A DNA stretch of 64,000 nt from Thermodesulfobacteriota bacterium. Lineage in GTDB: Bacteria > Desulfobacterota_D > UBA1144 > Nemesobacterales > Mycalebacteriaceae. This document shows, in pieces, positions 22,929 to 32,690 of the stretch; position 1 is the stretch's first letter, and each line of letters begins with the position of its first letter. The position numbers were made by a program, and so were the translations under genes. The notes beneath the pieces are model-generated. The model was given only the letters and a program-made list of their open reading frames with translations, was not told where the DNA came from and ran no database searches. Location of the stretch: contig OZ242184.1 in NCBI GenBank assembly GCA_965205855.1, positions 822,570 to 886,569 of the forward strand, in the 5' to 3' direction.

Positions 22929-25091
22929 CTATTCAAATACCCTGCCGCACCTTTCCACAAGCACAACCCCTTCAAGTACAGACAGGGAATCCATAATTTT
23001 TTCAAGATGTGCAATGTTCCTAAGTTTCAAAAGGAAACTGTATTTTTTGCCTTCCTCAAATTTTTCGGTCTTGTTTTTCACAATGTCGGCTTTGAGAGAG
23101 CCAATTGTTTTAACAATTGAAGAGAGCACTTCCTCACTGTCATTGCAAAGCACGTAGATTCCCGTGGATGACTTTCCCCTCAACCCTTTGCGCCACTCAA
23201 CCGGCACAATTGTCTCGCTGTTTATCTCATCGCTCATATAGCAGGTTTCCGAGTGAACAACCACTCCGCTGCCGCGTGTTGCATACCCCACTATCGGTTC
23301 TCCGGGAACGGGAAGACAGCAATTGGAAAAACGTGCTATCACGGTTTTATTTCCGGCAATTATCTTTTTCCTGCTCTCAGGGTCCGTCACCTTATCAAGT
23401 ATCTTCTCTATTCTCCCCATTTTTTCGGCCCCGATTCCGGAAGCCGGGTCAATAAGTTTCTGCAAAGCCGTTACCGATACGCGGCCGAAACCAACCATTC
23501 GGAAAAAATCCTCCGGATCCGGAAAGCCGAGTTTTAAAAGCGGTTTCTTGAGTTGTCCGGAGTCCAAAATTGATTTCAGGTTTTTTCCCTCAGAAGAAAA
23601 GCGCCTCTCGCATATCGCACGCCCTATTTCCAGAGATTTTTCCCTGCGTATTCTGGATAGGGATTTCCTTATCTTGCTTTTCGCTTCGGTGGTAACAACG
23701 GTGGTAAGCCATTTCTCAGAAGGAAAAGAGTCTTTGGAGACTTTTATTTCAACCACATCTCCGGTTTTGAGCGGATTGTCCAGGGGAACAGACTTTCTGT
23801 TAACAACCGCTTCGCAACATTTGTCACCGATTTCCGTGTGAATTCGGTAGGCAAAATCCACCGGCGTTGAGCCGACCGGAAGCTCAACAAGCTCGGCTTT
23901 GGGCGTGTAAACATAGATAACGCTCGGATTAAGCTCGGTTTTAAGCGATTCCATAAAACCCGCGGGAAAAACCGAGTATTCCTCTTCGGCAATCTCACCT
24001 ATTCTCGTGAACCTGCGGAGTATCTCGGTTTCCGCCGTACGGGTGTCGTTGGCATGCTTGTAATACCAATGAGCCGCCATTCCGTTTTGCGCGAACTCAT
24101 GCATCCGCAACGTTCTTATCTGGAATTCCATCTGGTCTCCGTCCGGCGACATGACGGTTGTGTGAATGGACTTATAGCCGTTGCTCTTCGGAAGCGCTAT
24201 GTAGTCCTTTATTCTTCCGGGAACCGGATTCCACAAGACATGAATTTTCCCCAGAACCAGATAACAGTCACTTTCCGATTTCGTTATGACGCGAAGCGCG
24301 ATTATGTCGTGCAGTTCATCAAGGTCCAGATTCTGCCATTTCATTTTTCCGTATATGCTGTAAAAACTCTTCACTCTACCGAAAACCTCACACCGGAGCC
24401 CGGCTTCATCAAGCAGGAAATTTTCCAGTTTTGTCTTTGCCTCATCTATCTTTTTTTCGTACTTGCCTCTTCCTTTTTTCAATTTCTGTTTGATTTTTCT
24501 GTATTCACGCGGGTTCAGAAATTTGAAGGCAAGGTCTTCAAGTTCGGAGGCGAGCCATCCTATCCCAAGCCTGTGAGCAACCGGGGCATAGATGTGCAAG
24601 GTCTCTTTTGATATTTTTCTGCGCCTGTCCTCATCTAAAAACTCAAGGGTTCTCATATTGTGAAGCCGGTCCGCGAGTTTGATGAAAACAACCCTCACAT
24701 CCTTGGCGGTCGCAAGTATCAGTTTCTTAAAATTCTCGTCCCGCCGTGCCGAAGGATTCAGGTTTGAGAGTTTGCCAACCTTTGTAGCTCCGTCCACAAG
24801 AAAAGAGATTTCCTTGCCGAACACACTTTCTATGTCATTCAAAGTCGCAAGCGTGTCTTCAACGGTATCATGAAGAAGCCCGGTCGCTATTGTGCTTGGG
24901 TCAAGCCCAAGTTCCGCAAGTATGAGCGAGACCTCAAGCGGGTGGCTTAAATACGGTTCGCCCGAAGACCTTCTCTGTCCGGCATGAACCTTGGCGGAAT
25001 AAACATAGGCCTTGTTTATAAGGTTGGTGTCAAAATCAGAAAGCGGGGCAAACTCTCTGGCTTTATCAAGAATATCGTTAAGTCTTATCAT
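22929..25091 (-). CDS. spoT: bifunctional (p)ppGpp synthetase/hydrolase (RelA/SpoT family)
   Basis: HD hydrolase motif GLLHDTVEDT, synthetase motif HRLGIGWLASELEDLAFKFLNP, and TGS/ACT-like C-terminus. The start at MIRLNDILDK avoids overlap with gmk. Confidence 0.85.
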   Translation of the reverse strand: MIRLNDILDKAREFAPLSDFDTNLINKAYVYSAKVHAGQRRSSGEPYLSHPLEVSLILAELGLDPSTIATGLLHDTVEDTLATLNDIESVFGKEISFLVDGATKVGKLSNLNPSARRDENFKKLILATAKDVRVVFIKLADRLHNMRTLEFLDEDRRRKISKETLHIYAPVAHRLGIGWLASELEDLAFKFLNPREYRKIKQKLKKGRGKYEKKIDEAKTKLENFLLDEAGLRCEVFGRVKSFYSIYGKMKWQNLDLDELHDIIALRVITKSESDCYLVLGKIHVLWNPVPGRIKDYIALPKSNGYKSIHTTVMSPDGDQMEFQIRTLRMHEFAQNGMAAHWYYKHANDTRTAETEILRRFTRIGEIAEEEYSVFPAGFMESLKTELNPSVIYVYTPKAELVELPVGSTPVDFAYRIHTEIGDKCCEAVVNRKSVPLDNPLKTGDVVEIKVSKDSFPSEKWLTTVVTTEAKSKIRKSLSRIRREKSLEIGRAICERRFSSEGKNLKSILDSGQLKKPLLKLGFPDPEDFFRMVGFGRVSVTALQKLIDPASGIGAEKMGRIEKILDKVTDPESRKKIIAGNKTVIARFSNCCLPVPGEPIVGYATRGSGVVVHSETCYMSDEINSETIVPVEWRKGLRGKSSTGIYVLCNDSEEVLSSIVKTIGSLKADIVKNKTEKFEEGKKYSFLLKLRNIAHLEKIMDSLSVLEGVVLVERCGRVFE

Positions 25092-25726
25092 AAGGTCTTG
25101 CGGCGTCTGGCAACATCTTTCCAATTACCTGAATACGCGGCTTTTATATTTTCTATCCTTTGCTTTCGGGTTCTGAACATCTTTATCACGGACTCAATTT
25201 CTGCCAGCGAGTCTCCAAGCTTGCCGTTGACAATCACATAGTCGTATCTGTCAATTACCGAAATCTCCTCTTTCAGCGAAAGAAGCCTCCGCTGGATGCT
25301 TTTGTTGTTCTCGGTATTCCTTCTTCTGAGTCTTTCGTGAAGGTCGTCAATTGTCGGCGGAGTAACAAATATGAGAATGGCGTCCGGGAACTGCTTTTTG
25401 ATGTTGTCCGCTCCTTCAACATTAACATCCAGCACTATGTCGGCGGAGTTACTGTCTTTGGACAATGCCTTCTCTATCTGACACCGCGGAGTTCCATAGC
25501 GGTTTCCGTGAACCACGGCCCATTCGGCAAAGTAGTCCTGTTTCACGCGACGGGTGAACTCTTCATCTTCAACAAATTCATAGTCAGACAAGTCGCCCTT
25601 GTCTTCCGGCCGCCTAGGACGGGTCGTGCAGGAAATTGAAAACTCCATATTCGGCATCACCTTGCACACATGCTTGACAAGTGTTGTCTTGCCGCTCGCC
25701 GAAGGTCCGGAAATTACAAATACCAT
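25088..25726 (-). CDS. gmk: guanylate kinase
   Basis: Translation VISGPSASGKTTLVKHVC...SCTTRPRRPEDKGDLSDYEFV. Confidence 0.9.
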   Translation of the reverse strand: MVFVISGPSASGKTTLVKHVCKVMPNMEFSISCTTRPRRPEDKGDLSDYEFVEDEEFTRRVKQDYFAEWAVVHGNRYGTPRCQIEKALSKDSNSADIVLDVNVEGADNIKKQFPDAILIFVTPPTIDDLHERLRRRNTENNKSIQRRLLSLKEEISVIDRYDYVIVNGKLGDSLAEIESVIKMFRTRKQRIENIKAAYSGNWKDVARRRKTL

Positions 25727-25758
25727 GACGGTGGATTATACAGAAAACGGGAAAAAAC

Positions 25759-26433
25759 TTAAAAAGAAACCAAGGTCTCCGCATCAATCTCAAGAGCGGA
25801 TTCCACTATAAGGTCAGCCTGGGACAAAGAGCCACGCGGGTACGAGTTTGTAACGGCAATACATTTCATTCCCGCCGCCTTTGCCGCTGCTATTCCGGGC
25901 GGGGAGTCCTCTATTGCGACGCACTGCCCCGCTTGTATGTGCAGATGAGTTCGCTCTTCATTTACTCCCTGTAAGGCGCGAAGAAATATCTCTGGGTTGG
26001 GTTTGCATTTTGAGCAATCTTCGGCGGCCGCCACAAAGGAAAAGAAATCAAGAAGCCCATCGCGGGAAAGAACGGACTCTATCTCTTCCCTCAGTGCCCC
26101 AGATGCGATGGCAAGAGAAAAATCTCCCGCGAGACCGCGTATTAGATTCTCAATGCCTGCAAAAAAAGCGCATTTCCGTATGGCGGAGGAAACGGCAAGC
26201 GATTTTTCGCGCACGAGTTCTGCAACGGCTTCCTCGGAGGAATCCAGATTGTTTTCCCGAAGCAGAACCGTAAAAAGAGTTTTATCATCAAACGCGAGGT
26301 ATTTTGAGTAGTAATCCTGTTCGGAAATCTCAATTCTCACTGGGGCGAGAACTTGCCTGAAAGCCCTCAAATGAACGGTTTCAGTGTCGGCGATAACGCC
26401 GTCAAAATCAAATATCACAACTTTTATCGCCAT
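25759..26433 (-). CDS. HAD-family hydrolase (beta-phosphoglucomutase-like phosphatase)
   Basis: HAD motif I VVIFDFDGVIADTE and motif III/IV AIEDSPPGIAAAKAAGMKCIAV. Confidence 0.7.
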   Translation of the reverse strand: MAIKVVIFDFDGVIADTETVHLRAFRQVLAPVRIEISEQDYYSKYLAFDDKTLFTVLLRENNLDSSEEAVAELVREKSLAVSSAIRKCAFFAGIENLIRGLAGDFSLAIASGALREEIESVLSRDGLLDFFSFVAAAEDCSKCKPNPEIFLRALQGVNEERTHLHIQAGQCVAIEDSPPGIAAAKAAGMKCIAVTNSYPRGSLSQADLIVESALEIDAETLVSF

Positions 26434-26492
26434 TGTCCTACCAGAGCAAGGTGTGATATTATAAAGGATATTTTAAAACAGAGGTTGACCGG

Positions 26493-26828
26493 ATGAGTTA
26501 TTACAAGCCCGAAGATTTAAAAAAATTTGCCGAAGTCGGAAATTTTGCAAAGGATTTGATGGATAAATTCTTTGACTACTACAACGCCGCCGTATCGGAG
26601 GAAGGATCTCTGACAAAGCGCGAGAAATCCCTGATTGCCCTTGCCGTAGCGCACTCAAAACAGTGCCCTTACTGCATAGACGCTTATACGAGCAAATGCA
26701 TTGAGGCCGGAGCGGATCCGGAAGAAATGACCGAAGCCGTTCATATAGCCGCGTCAATAGAAGCCGGAATAAAACTTATTTACGCCGTACAGATGAGAAA
26801 CGCTATGAAAAAAAACGGCGCCATTTAA
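26493..26828 (+). CDS. AhpD/carboxymuconolactone-decarboxylase-family peroxidase-like protein (partner of the ArsS-type rSAM)
   Basis: 111 aa with REKSLIALAVAHSKQCPYCIDAYT (AhpD-like CxxC). Immediately upstream of the radical-SAM gene. Confidence 0.7.
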   Translation: MSYYKPEDLKKFAEVGNFAKDLMDKFFDYYNAAVSEEGSLTKREKSLIALAVAHSKQCPYCIDAYTSKCIEAGADPEEMTEAVHIAASIEAGIKLIYAVQMRNAMKKNGAI

Positions 26829-26854
26829 GCCGCTGTGCGCGAGCAACCTGTCTT

Positions 26855-27871
26855 ATGGAAAAAAAAATAGATTTCAGCAGCTTCATCAAAGAACGGGGAG
26901 TCAACATAACCCCTCTTTCACTCAAAACTCTTCAGGTCAATATAACAAGACTGTGCAATCAGACTTGTGTTCATTGCCATGTTGACGCTTCCCCGAAAAG
27001 AACTGAGCAGATGAGCATGGAGACCGTCAATCGCTGTCTGGAAATCCTTGAGCAATGCGATGAAATTGAAACACTTGACATTACGGGCGGAGCTCCCGAA
27101 CTCAATCCGCATTTTGACTATTTTGTGGAGAATGCCTCCAAGCTTAAGAAGCGTTTAATAGTCCGGCACAACCTCACTGTTACAATTGACGGAAATCCGG
27201 TTACCGGAGAGAGCAAAGAGTATCTTCCGGAGTTTTTTGCGAAACACCGCGTGGAGGTTGTCTCGTCTCTTCCCCATTACTCGGAGTATTTTACTGACAG
27301 ACAGAGAGGCAAGGGAGTTTTTGAAAAAAGCATCCGCGCCGCTCTTTTGTTGAACAGGCAGGGATACGGCATGGAAGAAAGCGGGCTTGTTCTCAACTTT
27401 GTTTACAATCCGCCCGGAGAATACTTCGCTTCCGACCAGAAAAGTCTTGAAAAAATTTTCAAAGAGAAGTTGAGAACGAAATACGGCATTGAGTTCAACA
27501 ACCTTCATTCCATCATAAACATGCCGATTAACAGGTTCCGCAGGCAGCTGATAAGAGAGAGAAAATATGCGGATTATATGGACAAACTTGTCTCAGCTTT
27601 CAATCCCGCCGCCGCGGAAGGAGTAATGTGCAGAAATATGATAAGCGTTGACTATAACGGGGCGCTTTATGATTGCGACTTCAACCAGATGTTGAACATG
27701 TCCGTCCGTCTTACAAGCACAGACAAACCGACAATTTTCAACTCTTCTCCCGACCGGATAATGAAACGCAACATCAGTTTTGCAAACCACTGTTTCGGTT
27801 GCACCGCTGGAGGGGGAAGCAGTTGCGGAGGGGAGACCGCCTCCGAAGAAAGGACGCCGCAAACAAAATGA
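26855..27871 (+). CDS. radical SAM / Cys-rich-tail protein (ArsS-like, arsenosugar-biosynthesis rSAM family)
   Basis: CNQTCVHCH rSAM cluster motif near the N-terminus and a C-terminal HCFGCTAGGGSSCGG tail, as I recall for the rSAM/'selenodomain' (ArsS) family. All Cys are TGC/TGT codons with no in-frame TGA. Confidence 0.75.
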   Translation: MEKKIDFSSFIKERGVNITPLSLKTLQVNITRLCNQTCVHCHVDASPKRTEQMSMETVNRCLEILEQCDEIETLDITGGAPELNPHFDYFVENASKLKKRLIVRHNLTVTIDGNPVTGESKEYLPEFFAKHRVEVVSSLPHYSEYFTDRQRGKGVFEKSIRAALLLNRQGYGMEESGLVLNFVYNPPGEYFASDQKSLEKIFKEKLRTKYGIEFNNLHSIINMPINRFRRQLIRERKYADYMDKLVSAFNPAAAEGVMCRNMISVDYNGALYDCDFNQMLNMSVRLTSTDKPTIFNSSPDRIMKRNISFANHCFGCTAGGGSSCGGETASEERTPQTK

Positions 27872-28494
27872 ACACGGTCGCGGTTTTCCTCAAATATCCC
27901 TCTCCGGGAAATGTAAAAACCCGAATGGCAAAAGACCTTGGCCAAGAGCGCGCCGCACAGATATATTCGGCGATGGCCAAAATGGTCCTTTCCACGGCCG
28001 GAGGCGTCGGGCATTCACTTTGCGTATTTTACGACCCGCCGCAAATGGAAAAGGAAACCAGAGAATGGCTCGGTCGTGATTTCAAGGGACGGCTTCTGCC
28101 TCAGAGGGGGCAATCTCTCGGAGAAAAAATACCTCACGCAATTGAAGACTGCATATGTTTCGGAAGCGGAAAAGTGGTGGTCATCGGAACCGATTGCGTG
28201 GAAATAACCCCGGAAATATTAAAAGATTCTTTCAAACGCCTTGATGAAACAGACACCGTAATAGGCCCGTGCGAGGACGGCGGCTACTATTTGATAGGAC
28301 TGAAACGCAACCACAAGGAAATTTTCCGGGGAGTAGACTGGAGCACAAACAAGGTAACGGCTCAGACACTTGAAAAAATACTAAAATTGCCACTCAAAGT
28401 GAGCATACTCGACACACTGCGCGATATTGACTTCGCAGAAGACCTGGATGGAAAAACCTTGAACAGAATTGAAAGCGCAAATTTCAAAACCTGA
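27868..28494 (+). CDS. DUF2064-type glycosyltransferase-like protein (rSAM-associated 'transferase 1' family)
   Basis: The start MNTVAVFLKYPSPGNVKTRMAKDLG overlaps the rSAM stop (ATGA). Motifs GTDCVEITPE and GPCEDGGYYLIGL are typical of DUF2064. Confidence 0.7.
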   Translation: MNTVAVFLKYPSPGNVKTRMAKDLGQERAAQIYSAMAKMVLSTAGGVGHSLCVFYDPPQMEKETREWLGRDFKGRLLPQRGQSLGEKIPHAIEDCICFGSGKVVVIGTDCVEITPEILKDSFKRLDETDTVIGPCEDGGYYLIGLKRNHKEIFRGVDWSTNKVTAQTLEKILKLPLKVSILDTLRDIDFAEDLDGKTLNRIESANFKT

Positions 28495-28501
28495 AAAGAA
28501 G

Positions 28502-29248
28502 ATGACTGAAACAACCGTTTTTGAACCGGCTTTCACCCTCGCGTTTCTTGCCGGAATGGCATCCTTCCTCTCGCCTTGCATTTTTCCGCTTGTTCCAGGG
28601 TATCTGTCGGCAATGGCCGCCGGAAGAGGAACGGCGGATGTCCGTGTAAGAGGCTTTTTTTCGTTGCTTCCCGTCATTGTTTTTGTTCTGGGGTTTTCTT
28701 TTGTTTTTTCACTAATGGGAACATCAGCTTCGTTTCTGGGCTCCTTTATCATGAAAAACAGGGGAGTTCTCTCAACGGTTTCCGGTTCCCTGATAATGGT
28801 ATTCGGGCTTTTCACAATGGATGTCATAAAGATCCCTTTTCTACAAAGGCAGAAACCTTTGAACCTTCAGACAAAGGACAGGGGGGTTGCGTATGTATTT
28901 CTTCTGGGTTGCGCTTTTGCTCTCGGTTGGACGCCGTGCATAGGCCCCATGCTTGCCTCAATTCTCGCGTATGCGGCTTCGTCCGGACAAACGACAAAAG
29001 GAATTTCCCTTTTGCTTGTTTATTCCGCCGGGCTTGGAATTCCCTTTATTGCCGTTGGAATTTTCTTTGCAAAATGGAGACCGCTATCTTCTGTGGCGCG
29101 GAAATTCCATCCGTTCTATAAACACATAGTAGGGGGAATGATGGTGATTGCGGGCTTTCTCATATCGTTTGACCTTCTGTTTTATCTGAACATCTACGGA
29201 CAGAGAATATTTGATTTCTTCGGCATTGACTTCTGGAGGCAAATCTGA
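28502..29248 (+). CDS. ccdA: cytochrome c-type biogenesis / thiol-disulfide electron transporter CcdA (DsbD membrane domain)
   Basis: Six TM helices with two conserved Cys (SPCIFPLVPGY and WTPCIGPML). The start may instead be at 28469. Confidence 0.75.
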   Translation: MTETTVFEPAFTLAFLAGMASFLSPCIFPLVPGYLSAMAAGRGTADVRVRGFFSLLPVIVFVLGFSFVFSLMGTSASFLGSFIMKNRGVLSTVSGSLIMVFGLFTMDVIKIPFLQRQKPLNLQTKDRGVAYVFLLGCAFALGWTPCIGPMLASILAYAASSGQTTKGISLLLVYSAGLGIPFIAVGIFFAKWRPLSSVARKFHPFYKHIVGGMMVIAGFLISFDLLFYLNIYGQRIFDFFGIDFWRQI

Positions 29249-29259
29249 TTTTTGGCATG

Positions 29260-29288
29260 TTGACTAATTATCCGCGGTTCCATATAGT
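29260..29288 (+). promoter_or_regulatory. near-consensus sigma70-type promoter upstream of fmdB
   Basis: TTGACT followed by a 17-nt spacer and TATAGT, about 35 nt upstream of the fmdB ATG. Confidence 0.45.
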
Positions 29289-29323
29289 TAGTTGATTACT
29301 TCCGCTCCGGAGATAGTTGCCAG

Positions 29324-29590
29324 ATGCCTTTTTATGAATATCAGTGTGTGAAATGCGGAGACAAATTTGAGTTTTTTCATCTCGACAAGGACGATGTGGC
29401 AAAATGCGCCAATTGCGGAACAAAAAAAGTTAAAAAAATTCCATCTTCTTTCGGTTTCGGCTTCAAGGGATTCGGAACCACTTCCACTCCGGCTCCCGAA
29501 GCTTTGCCCGCAGACGGCAGTGCAGATGAAACCCCTTCCTCCAACGATTGCAGTTGCTCTTCCGAAAGTTGCTCTGTGGGTGAAAGTTAA
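29324..29590 (+). CDS. FmdB-family zinc-ribbon putative regulatory protein
   Basis: [18 protein letters not shown]...AKCANCGT gives a CxxC...CxxC zinc ribbon with a low-complexity tail. Confidence 0.7.
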   Translation: MPFYEYQCVKCGDKFEFFHLDKDDVAKCANCGTKKVKKIPSSFGFGFKGFGTTSTPAPEALPADGSADETPSSNDCSCSSESCSVGES

Positions 29591-30879
29591 TGCCGCCAAA
29601 AAAAGACTTGAAAAAAGCCGCGCTTGAATATCACAAAAAAGGCAGAAAAGGGAAACTCGGAGTCATTGCGATAAAACCGTGCGCGACTCAGTGGGATTTG
29701 TCCCTTGCCTATTCGCCCGGGGTGGCGGAACCATGCAGAGAGATACATAAAAGTCCGGATACTGCGTATGAATACACAAACAAGGGAAATCTTATCGGCG
29801 TTGTTTCAAACGGGACGGCGGTTCTGGGTCTTGGCAACATTGGCGCTCTTGCCGGCAAGCCGGTTATGGAAGGAAAAGGCATACTCTTCAAAAGGTTTGC
29901 CGATATTGATGCATATGACATCAACATAAACTGTTCCGATCCGGACGAGCTTATTTCAATAGTCAAAAGTCTTGAGCCAACCTTTGGAGGAATCAACCTT
30001 GAAGACATCAAGGCGCCGGAATGTTTTCAGGTTGAAACTGAATTGAAAGAAAAAATGGACATTCCCGTTTTCCACGACGACCAGCACGGGACAGCCATAA
30101 TATCGGCCGCGGGTCTTCTTAATGCGTGCGAAATCGCCGGTAAAAAGTTTGAAGACCTCACAATCGTTTTCAACGGAGCCGGAGCGTCCGCGATAGCTTG
30201 CGCCAATCTCTTTATATCAATGGGAGTAAAAAGAGAAAACATAACAATGTGCGACAGCCGCGGAGTTATTTACAAGGGTCGAGGTGAGGGAATGAACCCT
30301 CAGAAAGAGATGTTTGCGATTAAAACAAAACACAGAACGGTTGAGGATGCGATGAAAGGAGCGCAGTGTTTTGTGGGGCTTTCAAGCGGCGGCGCCGTAA
30401 GTAAAAAAATGGTAAGAAGCATGGATAGCAACCCGATAATTTTTGCCATGGCAAATCCCGACCCTGAAATTTCATATGAAGATGCCGTAAGCGCAAGAAA
30501 AGACCATGTTATTATGGCAACGGGAAGGTCCGACTATCCGAACCAGATAAACAACGTGCTTGGTTTTCCGTTCATCTTCCGCGGTGCTCTTGATGTGCGG
30601 GCAAAGTCAATCAACGAAGAGATGAAAATCGCCGCTGTGCGCGCTCTTGCCGATTTGGCAAAAAAACCGGTTCCCAAAAGTGTAATCAAAGCATATGGCG
30701 GAAAGCCGATTGAGTTTTCCCCCGATTACATAGTTCCGAAGCCTTTTGACCCGCGCGTGCTTCCGTGGGAGTCCGCTGCGGTTGCGGAAGCCGCAATCAA
30801 AAGTGGTGTGGCAAGGACAAAAATCAACATATCCGCATACAAGCGGTCACTTGAAAAAAAGATACAAGACCAGCTCTGA
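29590..30879 (+). CDS. maeB: NAD(P)-dependent malic enzyme (oxaloacetate-decarboxylating malate dehydrogenase), short form without a PTA domain
   Basis: Translation [19 protein letters not shown], and [14 protein letters not shown] Rossmann motif. The start overlaps the fmdB stop (TAATG). Confidence 0.88.
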   Translation: MPPKKDLKKAALEYHKKGRKGKLGVIAIKPCATQWDLSLAYSPGVAEPCREIHKSPDTAYEYTNKGNLIGVVSNGTAVLGLGNIGALAGKPVMEGKGILFKRFADIDAYDININCSDPDELISIVKSLEPTFGGINLEDIKAPECFQVETELKEKMDIPVFHDDQHGTAIISAAGLLNACEIAGKKFEDLTIVFNGAGASAIACANLFISMGVKRENITMCDSRGVIYKGRGEGMNPQKEMFAIKTKHRTVEDAMKGAQCFVGLSSGGAVSKKMVRSMDSNPIIFAMANPDPEISYEDAVSARKDHVIMATGRSDYPNQINNVLGFPFIFRGALDVRAKSINEEMKIAAVRALADLAKKPVPKSVIKAYGGKPIEFSPDYIVPKPFDPRVLPWESAAVAEAAIKSGVARTKINISAYKRSLEKKIQDQL

Positions 30880-30885
30880 CTCCGT

Positions 30886-31569
30886 GTGATGGCAGAGAAT
30901 CTTGCGTTATTGAAGGAGAGTCCTTTGCCGCTCAAAGCCGTCATATTTGACATGGACGGGGTGCTTATAGAAAGCGAGCCCCTGTGGGAAGCGGCGGAAA
31001 TCACCCTTCTCAAATCAAGAGGCATAGAATACGACCCTCTTTTCAGAGAAAAAGTTATCGGGCTCAATCAGATTGACTCATCAAAACTCATCATTCGGGA
31101 ATTTGGCGTGAAAAACTGTTCGCCCGAAGAGATGATAAGACAGCGTATAGAAATTCTTCTTGGGATTTACGATAAAAAACTCACAATGTTTGAAGGCTCT
31201 AAAGCGCTTGTTGAAAAGATACGGGAAAGCGGATTTAAGACCGCCCTGGCGTCCAGCTCACCCATGGAAGTGATAACGTATGTGCTTGAAAGGTTTTCAC
31301 TTACGAAACTTTTTGACGCGGTGGTTTCAGGTAGCTGCATTCAAAACGGCAAGCCCGCTCCCGATATCTACTTGCTCGCGGCGGAGCAGCTCGGGGTTCA
31401 ACCGCCTGAATGCGCCGCGGTTGAAGACTCGCCCATAGGAGTAAAATCCGCCGTTTCCGCCGGAATGTTCTGCATCGGCGTTCCCGACAAGCGGCTCAAA
31501 GCCGAAGAGTTTGAAATCTGTGATGTGATTTGTGAAAACATCGGGCAAGTGGAAAAAATAATCGCTTAA
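30886..31569 (+). CDS. HAD-family phosphatase (beta-PGM-like)
   Basis: Motifs AVIFDMDGVLIESEPLW and AVEDSPIGVKSAVSAGMFCIGV. Confidence 0.7.
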   Translation: MMAENLALLKESPLPLKAVIFDMDGVLIESEPLWEAAEITLLKSRGIEYDPLFREKVIGLNQIDSSKLIIREFGVKNCSPEEMIRQRIEILLGIYDKKLTMFEGSKALVEKIRESGFKTALASSSPMEVITYVLERFSLTKLFDAVVSGSCIQNGKPAPDIYLLAAEQLGVQPPECAAVEDSPIGVKSAVSAGMFCIGVPDKRLKAEEFEICDVICENIGQVEKIIA

Positions 31570-31576
31570 ATTTTCT

Positions 31577-32239
31577 TTAATCGCATGGCGACATAAAGCA
31601 GTTGGAATCATGCACATTACCCGGGCTGTAATCAGTTGACTTAATGAACCCATCTTCATCCACATTAATGTGCGCCTTGTAACCATAGGTACTTTTGCGC
31701 TTTCCATCCGACCCGGCTTTTACATTCCAGCCGACCTCGGGGTCTTGGGTCGAATGACCTTCCTGGTTCTTGTGGGGACGGCATTGCTTCGCTTCAATCA
31801 CACTGGCATCAACAATACTGACCCCTCCCGATTGGATGTAAAGCCCTTGTTCGCTCAATTGAGTGTTGATCTCACGGAGGCACTCATCCATTAAGGACAA
31901 GCTCTCCAGCGTTTGTCTAAACCGCCAAAACGTCGCGTGATTCGGCACAGATTCTGAAATGTCCAGACCGGTGAAGCGACGAAACAGCAGATCCCGTGCC
32001 AACTGCTTTTCCAGTGCCGGGTCACTGAGTCCGTACCAGCTTCGCAGCAATAAAGCTTTAAACATCATCAATGGTGGCCAGGCCTTCTCGCCCCGAGGGT
32101 TTGAATGAATACCTGAAAGCTGTTGCTCCAGGCGCGACCAATCGATTAATTCGTGCACGGCATCCAGTTCTTTGAGCGCATCATGCTCGAGCAACAGGCC
32201 ATCCGCCAAACTGCGTTGCCTGAGGTTTTTCCAGGCCAT
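31577..32239 (-). pseudogene. IS5-family DDE transposase, C-terminally truncated
   Basis: 220-aa ORF MAWKNLRQRSL...LSDPALEKQLARDLLFRRFTGL...STYGYKAHINVDEDGFI, which is the N-terminal two-thirds of the 39273..40257 transposase. Confidence 0.8.
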
Positions 32240-32336
32240 TTCTTCTTCTCCAGGGGGTATAGTGGTGGGGTATAGTGCTTGAGCCTATTATCGCAAATTC
32301 TCAACGCAGATTCTTCTGGTTTTATGCAAAGGTCTC
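31594..32336 (-). mobile_element. truncated IS5-family insertion sequence (copy 1, ~740 bp), covering the right ~60% of the element
   Basis: ~95% nucleotide identity to 39612..40345, including the terminal GAGACCTTTGCA inverted-repeat end at 32336. Similarity stops abruptly at 31594, 24 nt after the HAD gene stop. Confidence 0.8.
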
Positions 32337-32540
32337 TAATAAGTAGAACTGTCCGATCACAGACCTCCAGAAAACGCCGCGATGCCTCATTCTGGGTGGG
32401 ACGGCTTTCCGTCCACCCTCCGATAGCTGATAAGCTCGCTGATCAAGTACATCGAACAACATCGCTGTTAACTGTTTCGTTTCCAGGAAATGATGAAACT
32501 GCAAAATCACACTCTCATCGGGAAGACGATCATCGTCCAA
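32322..32540 (-). pseudogene. remnant of a second, different IS5-like transposase N-terminal domain
   Basis: 72-aa ORF with LPDESVILQFHHFLETKQLTAMLFDVLDQRAYQLSEGG. This resembles the InsH-type N-terminal motif (PDxTTLxxFRxxLxxxxLxxxLFxxV...GL) but is unrelated in sequence to the flanking IS copies. Confidence 0.3.
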
Positions 32541-32690
32541 ATCCTAATGCGCAAAACGACGCATCGATTCGACCTTTGGCATACTGTCTTCCGTTAGTGG
32601 GTCGGACAGGTACTGTTTTCCATCGGGTTTCGCGGCACTGTAAGCGAGGCAGGTGGCCTTCGTCACAAGCGTTGGCAACGAGCTACTATC

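Noticed and set aside
27780-28079. Possible selenocysteine or in-frame UGA in the ArsS-like rSAM C-terminal CxxC..SCGG motif
   Set aside because: All motif cysteines are TGC/TGT and there is no in-frame TGA. The overlapping alternative-frame ORFs in this stretch are artefacts.
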